10,950 nucleotides of DNA. Source: Candidatus Xenobia bacterium (GTDB lineage Bacteria; Vulcanimicrobiota; Xenobia; Xenobiales; QWHO01). The stretch's first letter is position 1; each line of letters begins with the position of its first letter. Shown piece by piece: positions 6,456 to 10,950 of this stretch. Below the pieces are notes generated by a model, which saw only the letters and a list, made by a program, of their open reading frames with translations, was not told the origin of the DNA and searched no databases. A program made the position numbers and the translations under genes. Location of the stretch: assembly GCA_045863235.1 (NCBI GenBank), contig BTUM01000144.1:1-10950 (forward strand). Direction: 5' to 3'.

Positions 6456-6895
6456 ACGCGAGCCCCGTGATGCAGAAGCTGCAGGCGCTGATCCGGGGGG
6501 AGATCCCCCCTCCACCGGTGGCCCGCTTGATCGGGTTCAACCTGATCGAGGCCGGTGCCGGGCGAGCCGTCTTCGAGATGCAGGCCGAAGAGCGCCACGC
6601 CAACCCGATGGGCACCCTGCACGGAGGCATCCTGTGCGACCTGGGCGATGCCGCCATGGGGTTTGCGATGGCAACCACGCTCGAGCCCGAGGAGACGTTC
6701 ACCACGCTCGAATTGAAGGCAAACTTCTTCAAGCCGGTCTGGAACGGCCGCCTGCGGGCTGAAGCCAGTATGGTCAAGCGCTCGCGCTCGCTGGGCTACC
6801 TCGAGTGCGACATCAAGGACGAGCAAGGCTCACTGGTGTGCCGTCTGGGCAGCACCTGCATGGTTCTGCGGGGGCGGGCGGCCGAGGGTCGCTAA
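6452..6895 (+). CDS. PaaI family (hotdog-fold) thioesterase
   Basis: HANPMGTLHGGILCDLGDAAMG signature, TTLELKANFFKPV. ATGA overlap with tetR and a GGAGG SD. Confidence 0.95.
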   Translation: MNASPVMQKLQALIRGEIPPPPVARLIGFNLIEAGAGRAVFEMQAEERHANPMGTLHGGILCDLGDAAMGFAMATTLEPEETFTTLELKANFFKPVWNGRLRAEASMVKRSRSLGYLECDIKDEQGSLVCRLGSTCMVLRGRAAEGR

Positions 6896-6923
6896 AGTGC
6901 AAGGCCTCTGATCTTGCACTTTA
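6893..6923. terminator. Inverted repeat, probable (bidirectional) intrinsic terminator
   Basis: Perfect 11-bp arms TAAAGTGCAAG (6893-6903) and CTTGCACTTTA (6913-6923) with a 9-nt loop, starting at the paaI stop codon and lying between convergent genes. Confidence 0.7.
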
Positions 6924-6972
6924 CAGCGGCGCGTTCGCGTTCGTCAGATTGTGCTAGCAAAACCAAAGCACA

Positions 6973-7770
6973 CTAGCTCGCCGCTGCTCCCTGTGAGCCC
7001 CCCAGCGCCCTGCGGGCCAGGCGCCAGCAGGTCTCTTCCCGCTCGGCGGGGGCGGCCGAGAGCAGCTCTTGCAGGCTGGCGGGAGCCCCGCCGGGGGCAA
7101 AGAAGGCTCGAACCCGCCCCGGCGGCACCCCGGGTCGCAAGGTGAGGGCGTGCATCCAGGGAGCGCAGGCCTCCTGGCGCAGCCTCTGGCCCTCGGGGAA
7201 CAGGGCCAGGGTCGCCTGCAGGGCCACCACTTCGGCCAGCGCCTCGCTCACCTCCAGGGGCAACCCCTGTCCGGGGAAGGTCCGCAAGCCCGAAAAACAG
7301 GCGAACAGCTCACCGATCTGGGCTTGCGAGCCAGCGCAGACCTGAGAGGTTCCCACCAGCCAGCCCTGAGAGCTGAGCCACTGCCAGAAGTCGTCGAACT
7401 CACCCGGTTCGACCTCATCCAGGTGCAAGAGGGCGAAGGTGAAGACCTGCGAGAAGCCCAGGCAGGCTTTGTAGAGGCCTGCCCAGGGCCCGGGCAGGGG
7501 ACCGCCCGTCCAGCTGAGGGGAGCCGCCCATGCGGCCAGAGCGACCCTCCAGGCCCTGCGCAGGTCGCTTCCAGGCGGACAGAGCCGGGCCACGGTCGCG
7601 GTGATCAGAGGCCAGTGGCGATTGACCTGGCGCAGAGCTTCCGCGTTCATCGGCTTGCCCTGACGGCCATCGGCATAGGGGCAAGCCACGGTCGGGTCGC
7701 CCGGAGTCTGCTCGATCAGCCTCCGGCCTTCCTCATCCACCAGCTCGGGGCGGTGGGTGGCCAGCAGCAC
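6973..7770 (-). CDS. Hypothetical protein
   Basis: 265-aa ORF starting 1 nt after the upstream stop. Natural composition with motif-like segments (RPELVDEEGR, ACPYADGRQGKPMNAEALRQ, LYKACLG, QVCAG). Confidence 0.75.
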   Translation of the reverse strand: MLLATHRPELVDEEGRRLIEQTPGDPTVACPYADGRQGKPMNAEALRQVNRHWPLITATVARLCPPGSDLRRAWRVALAAWAAPLSWTGGPLPGPWAGLYKACLGFSQVFTFALLHLDEVEPGEFDDFWQWLSSQGWLVGTSQVCAGSQAQIGELFACFSGLRTFPGQGLPLEVSEALAEVVALQATLALFPEGQRLRQEACAPWMHALTLRPGVPPGRVRAFFAPGGAPASLQELLSAAPAEREETCWRLARRALGGSQGAAAS

Positions 7771-7771
7771 C

Positions 7772-8227
7772 TCAAGCTTCAGCGAGCTTCACCTGGTCCA
7801 CTCTCGCGTGCACCGGGCCACGATCGGTCTGGATCAGGAGCTGGAAGCTGACCGTACCTTCCGAACGAGCGCAGAGAAATCGAAAGGTGCCCGCCTCCAG
7901 ACGGCCCAGAGGGGGAAGCTGCTTCCAAACCCGACGCGGGCCCGCCCGGTTGAAAGTCTCGCGCCGCCCGAGCTCGATCGGAACCAGTTGCTCGGCCTGG
8001 CCATCCGCGGTCAGCTCGCCCTGAACCTCAAGCGCCGGGCGATCGCCCAGCTCGATCAGGACCTCCAGGGCCGGGCCCTGGTTGACCAGCTCGACCGTGG
8101 CCAGCAATTCGTCTCCCTGACGGCGCACCGACACGCGCGCCGCCAGGTCGGGCGCCTGGCCCAGCGCGGGCAGAGCCGACTGGGCTGCCGCCAGGGCGGC
8201 CCACTGCAGAAAGTTGCGACGTTTCAT
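7772..8227 (-). CDS. Putative Tat-exported small protein
   Basis: N-terminus MKRRNFLQWAALAAAQSALPALG fits the twin-arginine consensus (x-R-R-x-F-L) followed by an h-region and an A-x-G cleavage site. The mature part looks beta-rich. Confidence 0.75.
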   Translation of the reverse strand: MKRRNFLQWAALAAAQSALPALGQAPDLAARVSVRRQGDELLATVELVNQGPALEVLIELGDRPALEVQGELTADGQAEQLVPIELGRRETFNRAGPRRVWKQLPPLGRLEAGTFRFLCARSEGTVSFQLLIQTDRGPVHARVDQVKLAEA

Positions 8228-8300
8228 GCTTTCTCGTGTCGCTTACGGCCTGGCTTTCTTCCAACACGTCCGATTGCGCGGGGATCTCCTCGGCCAGCCC

Positions 8301-9926
8301 TCAGGACTCCTCCATGAACGAATAGCGGTAGTCCGACGGCGGCTCGAAAGTTTCCTTGATGGACCGGGCGCTGGTCCAGCGCAGCAAGTTGAGGGCGCTG
8401 CCGGCTTTGTCGTTGGTGCCCGAGCCGCGGGCCCCGCCGAAGGGCTGCTGCCCCACCACCGCGCCGGTGGGCTTGTCGTTGATGTAGAAGTTGCCGGCCG
8501 CGTTGCGCAGGCGCCGGGTGGCTTGCGAGATGACGGCCCGGTCCTGGGCCCAGATGGCTCCCGTCAGGGCGTAGGGCGAGGTGCTCTCGCACACGTCGAG
8601 GATCTCGTCGAACTTCGTCTCCTCATAGACGTAGAGCGTGAGCACGGGACCGAAGATCTCCTCCTCCATCAGCTTTTCGTAGGGGTTGTCCACCTCCACC
8701 ACGGTAGGGCGGATGAACCAGCCCTCGCTGTCGTCGAATGTGCCGCCAGCCAGAATGGTGGCCTCGTCCGAGTCCTGGGCGTGCTTGATGTAGCCGGTGA
8801 TGCGGCGAAAGGCGTTCTTGTCGATGACCGCCCCCATGAAGTTGCGGAAGTCGCGCACGTCGCCCATCTTGATGTGGTCCACCTCGCTGAGCAGAGCAGC
8901 CTTCACCTCGGGCCACAGGTTGCTCGGAAGATAAGCGCGCGAGGCGGCCGAGCACTTCTGGCCCTGGTATTCGAAGGCTCCCCGGATGAGAGCCGTGGCC
9001 AGGGGCAGGGGATCGGCCGAAGGATGGGCCAGAACGAAGTCCTTGCCACCCGTCTCGCCCACGATGCGAGGGTAGGTGCGGTAGCGTTTGATGTTGATGC
9101 CGATGTTGCTCCACATGTCCTGGAAGACCTCGGTGGAGCCGGTGAAGTGCAGCCCGGCCAGGTTGGGGTCAGCCACGGCCGGGTCGCCCACCTCGCCCCC
9201 CGAGCCGGCCACCAGGTTGATCACGCCAGGGGGAAGCCCGGCCTTCTGCAGCAGGCGCATGATGAAGTAGGCCGAGTAGAGAGCCGAGGAGGCCGGCTTC
9301 CAGAGCACCACGTTGCCCATCATCGCCGGGGCGGTGGGCAAATTGCCCCCGATGGCGGTGAAGTTGAAGGGCGTGACCGCGAAGACGTAGCCCTCCAGGG
9401 GGCGGTAGTCGGATCGGTTCCACATGCCGGGGCCCGAGATGGGTTGCTCGCGGTAGATCTGCTCCATGAAGTAGACATTGAAACGCAGGAAGTCGACCAG
9501 CTCGCAGGCCGAGTCGATCTCGGCCTGGTAGGCGGTTTTGCTCTGGCCCAACATGGTGGCCCCGTTCAGAGTGTTGCGGTAGGACCCGGCCAGGAGCTCG
9601 GCGGCCTTGAGAAAGATGGCCGCCCGGTCTTCCCAGGGGGTGTGGGCCCAGTCGCGGGAGGCCTTCATAGCGGCCGCGATGGCCTGCTGCACGTGCTCGG
9701 CCCCGCCCTTGTGGTAGACTCCCAGCTTGTGGGAGTGCTTGTGGGGCATGGTGATCTCGCCCAGCTTGCCGGTGCGCACCTCCTGGTCGCCGATGAAGAG
9801 CGGGACGTCCACCTCTTCGGCGGCCATCTTCTCGAGATGCGCCTTGAGGCTGGCGCGGTGGATGGAGAGCGGAGCGTAGTCGCGAACCGGCTCGTTGGTG
9901 GGTTGAGCGATGTTGTAAATTCCCAT
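8301..9926 (-). CDS. pruA: L-glutamate gamma-semialdehyde (delta-1-pyrroline-5-carboxylate) dehydrogenase
   Basis: ALDH4-type motifs PTNEPVRDYAP, ATMLGQSKTAYQAEIDSACELVDFLRFN, TPFNFTAIGGNL, FTGSTEVF, GETGGKDF, FEYQGQKCSAASR, EEIFGPVL and GQQPFGGARGSGTNDKAG. The start is placed at ATG 9926 (MGIYNIAQP, 541 aa) rather than at 10004. Confidence 0.97.
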   Translation of the reverse strand: MGIYNIAQPTNEPVRDYAPLSIHRASLKAHLEKMAAEEVDVPLFIGDQEVRTGKLGEITMPHKHSHKLGVYHKGGAEHVQQAIAAAMKASRDWAHTPWEDRAAIFLKAAELLAGSYRNTLNGATMLGQSKTAYQAEIDSACELVDFLRFNVYFMEQIYREQPISGPGMWNRSDYRPLEGYVFAVTPFNFTAIGGNLPTAPAMMGNVVLWKPASSALYSAYFIMRLLQKAGLPPGVINLVAGSGGEVGDPAVADPNLAGLHFTGSTEVFQDMWSNIGINIKRYRTYPRIVGETGGKDFVLAHPSADPLPLATALIRGAFEYQGQKCSAASRAYLPSNLWPEVKAALLSEVDHIKMGDVRDFRNFMGAVIDKNAFRRITGYIKHAQDSDEATILAGGTFDDSEGWFIRPTVVEVDNPYEKLMEEEIFGPVLTLYVYEETKFDEILDVCESTSPYALTGAIWAQDRAVISQATRRLRNAAGNFYINDKPTGAVVGQQPFGGARGSGTNDKAGSALNLLRWTSARSIKETFEPPSDYRYSFMEES

Positions 9927-10000
9927 AGCGCGGGCGCATTCGACCCCGCGGGTCGGGCGTTCCTCTCCACCTGATCGTGGCCGGCACGGGCCAGCGCAGA

Positions 10001-10950
10001 TCACCCGACCGACGGGTCACCCCTGGTTGGAGTCCGAGGGCTCCTTGAGGACTGGCTCTGGCGCCGCGCTCGGGCCCGCTCCCACGGGCTCCCGGCTTGA
10101 AAGTCCCCCGCATGCTCGCGGGCGTGGCACGCCGAGCAGAGCAGCCGAAGGTTCTCGGGTGCGTTACTCCCCCCTCGGGAAAGGGCTCGAATGTGATGAA
10201 TCTGAAGAACTCCCCGCTGTCCGCAGCACTCGCAGCAGCCACCGGCGCGAGCAACCACCGTTTGCACCACCAGGTGGGGTAGCTTCTTCCTGCGACGCTG
10301 TCGGAGCAGAACCACCGAAGTCTCATCGCGAGAGCCGGACGGCACGACCAGCGCGTCGGCCCGGGAGAGATACTCCCTGGAGCTGGCCGACGAAACCGGG
10401 AGCGGCCCGCGGTCGGTTTCCACACTTCCGGCCCCGGTGGGATCGAGTCGAACGACGACGGGGCTGCGTTGAAGGGAGCCGCAGGTGGCGCTGGCAAGAT
10501 GGCGTCTGATCAGCTCCAGCATCACCTCCCTGGAGCTGGCACGGCGACCAAGTTGCCGAGAGATTCGCTCGACTGCGGCTGCCCATTCGGCGTATTCTTC
10601 GGCGCTCAGCTCCAGCATCACCCGAACACGTTGGGGAGCCGGAAGGCCGTCCTCCAGGACCTCCGGGAACAGGCTCGGCGAGGCCTGATCTTCTGGCCCG
10701 GCCGAGACTCGCTCATGGAGACTTACCGATCGCTCCTGTCGTTGAGATTCGCCGAGCGCGCCTGTCGTCGAGATTCGTCGCCCCTCCCTGTCCTCGCTGA
10801 TTGGCCGCTCGCTTCGGTCATCGCTGATTGGCCGCTCGCTTCGGTCATCGCTGATTGGCCGCTCGCTCCGGTCGTCGCTGACTGGCCGCTCGCTCCGGTC
10901 GTCGCTGACTGGCCGCTCGCTTCGGTCGTCGCTGACTGGCCGCTCGCTTC
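10001..10950 (-). CDS. HNH endonuclease domain protein, 5'-truncated by the window edge
   Basis: C-terminal HNH/Zn motif RAGGCCECCG...LQIHHIRALSRGGSNAPENLRLLCSACHAREH (about 10112-10258). Reading the frame upstream of 10621 by hand shows no stop and no ATG/GTG/TTG up to 10950, so the true start probably lies outside the window. Confidence 0.85.
   Translation of the reverse strand, partial: SERPVSDDRSERPVSDDRSERPVSDDRSERPISDDRSERPISDDRSERPISEDREGRRISTTGALGESQRQERSVSLHERVSAGPEDQASPSLFPEVLEDGLPAPQRVRVMLELSAEEYAEWAAAVERISRQLGRRASSREVMLELIRRHLASATCGSLQRSPVVVRLDPTGAGSVETDRGPLPVSSASSREYLSRADALVVPSGSRDETSVVLLRQRRRKKLPHLVVQTVVARAGGCCECCGQRGVLQIHHIRALSRGGSNAPENLRLLCSACHAREHAGDFQAGSPWERARARRQSQSSRSPRTPTRGDPSVG
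10794..10950. repeat. 27-bp tandem repeat (at least 5.8 copies, running off the window) inside the HNH gene
   Basis: Unit TCGCTGA(T/C)TGGCCGCTCGCT(T/C)CGGTC(A/G) starting at 10794, 10821, 10848, 10875, 10902 and 10929. On the - strand it encodes SERP(I/V)SDDR in the HNH frame. Confidence 0.95.

Noticed and set aside
6945..6972. AGCAAAACC...AAAGC segment resembling 2330-2348, with a small TGTGCT/AGCACA hairpin
   Set aside because: The similarity is short and low-complexity, does not fit sigma54 GG-N10-GC spacing on either strand, and cannot be distinguished from chance.
8214..9974. 586-aa + strand ORF antisense to pruA
   Set aside because: Shadow ORF typical of high-GC codon bias opposite a conserved gene, with no recognisable motifs. 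The same applies to 2659-3885 (-), 1031-1768 (-), 6035-6826 (-), 7069-7851 (+) and 9169-10497 (-).
9927..10004. 26-aa N-terminal extension of PruA from the ORF track
   Set aside because: Not family-like and overlaps the HNH stop. The conserved P-x-NEP motif begins a few residues after ATG 9926.
10794..10950. CRISPR array interpretation of the 27-bp repeat
   Set aside because: Head-to-tail tandem copies without spacers, a length divisible by 3, and an in-frame position within the HNH gene.

Overview
GC-rich bacterial chromosomal window with about 12 credible CDSs and a tandem repeat running off each end. Left to right: a 60-bp palindrome-rich (REP-like) tandem repeat; a + strand overlapping trio of an SplB-like radical SAM protein with a non-canonical CX6CX3C motif, a Crp/Fnr regulator and a PAP2-like membrane protein that probably starts at CTG; an AT-rich promoter/leader whose SD can be sequestered in a hairpin, upstream of an unusual S8 subtilase; a DedA/VTT membrane protein; a convergent - strand helical hypothetical protein; a probably leaderless, autoregulated TetR + PaaI thioesterase pair ending in a strong inverted repeat; and a - strand run of a 5'-truncated HNH endonuclease carrying a 27-bp (9-aa) coding tandem repeat, pruA (P5C dehydrogenase), a Tat-signal protein and a hypothetical protein. 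No rRNA, tRNA, CRISPR array or transposase was seen. The best leads are the repeat-bearing HNH protein, the 60-bp palindromic array, the SD-occluding leader of the subtilase and the atypical radical SAM operon. All family calls come from motif recognition by eye; no database search was run.
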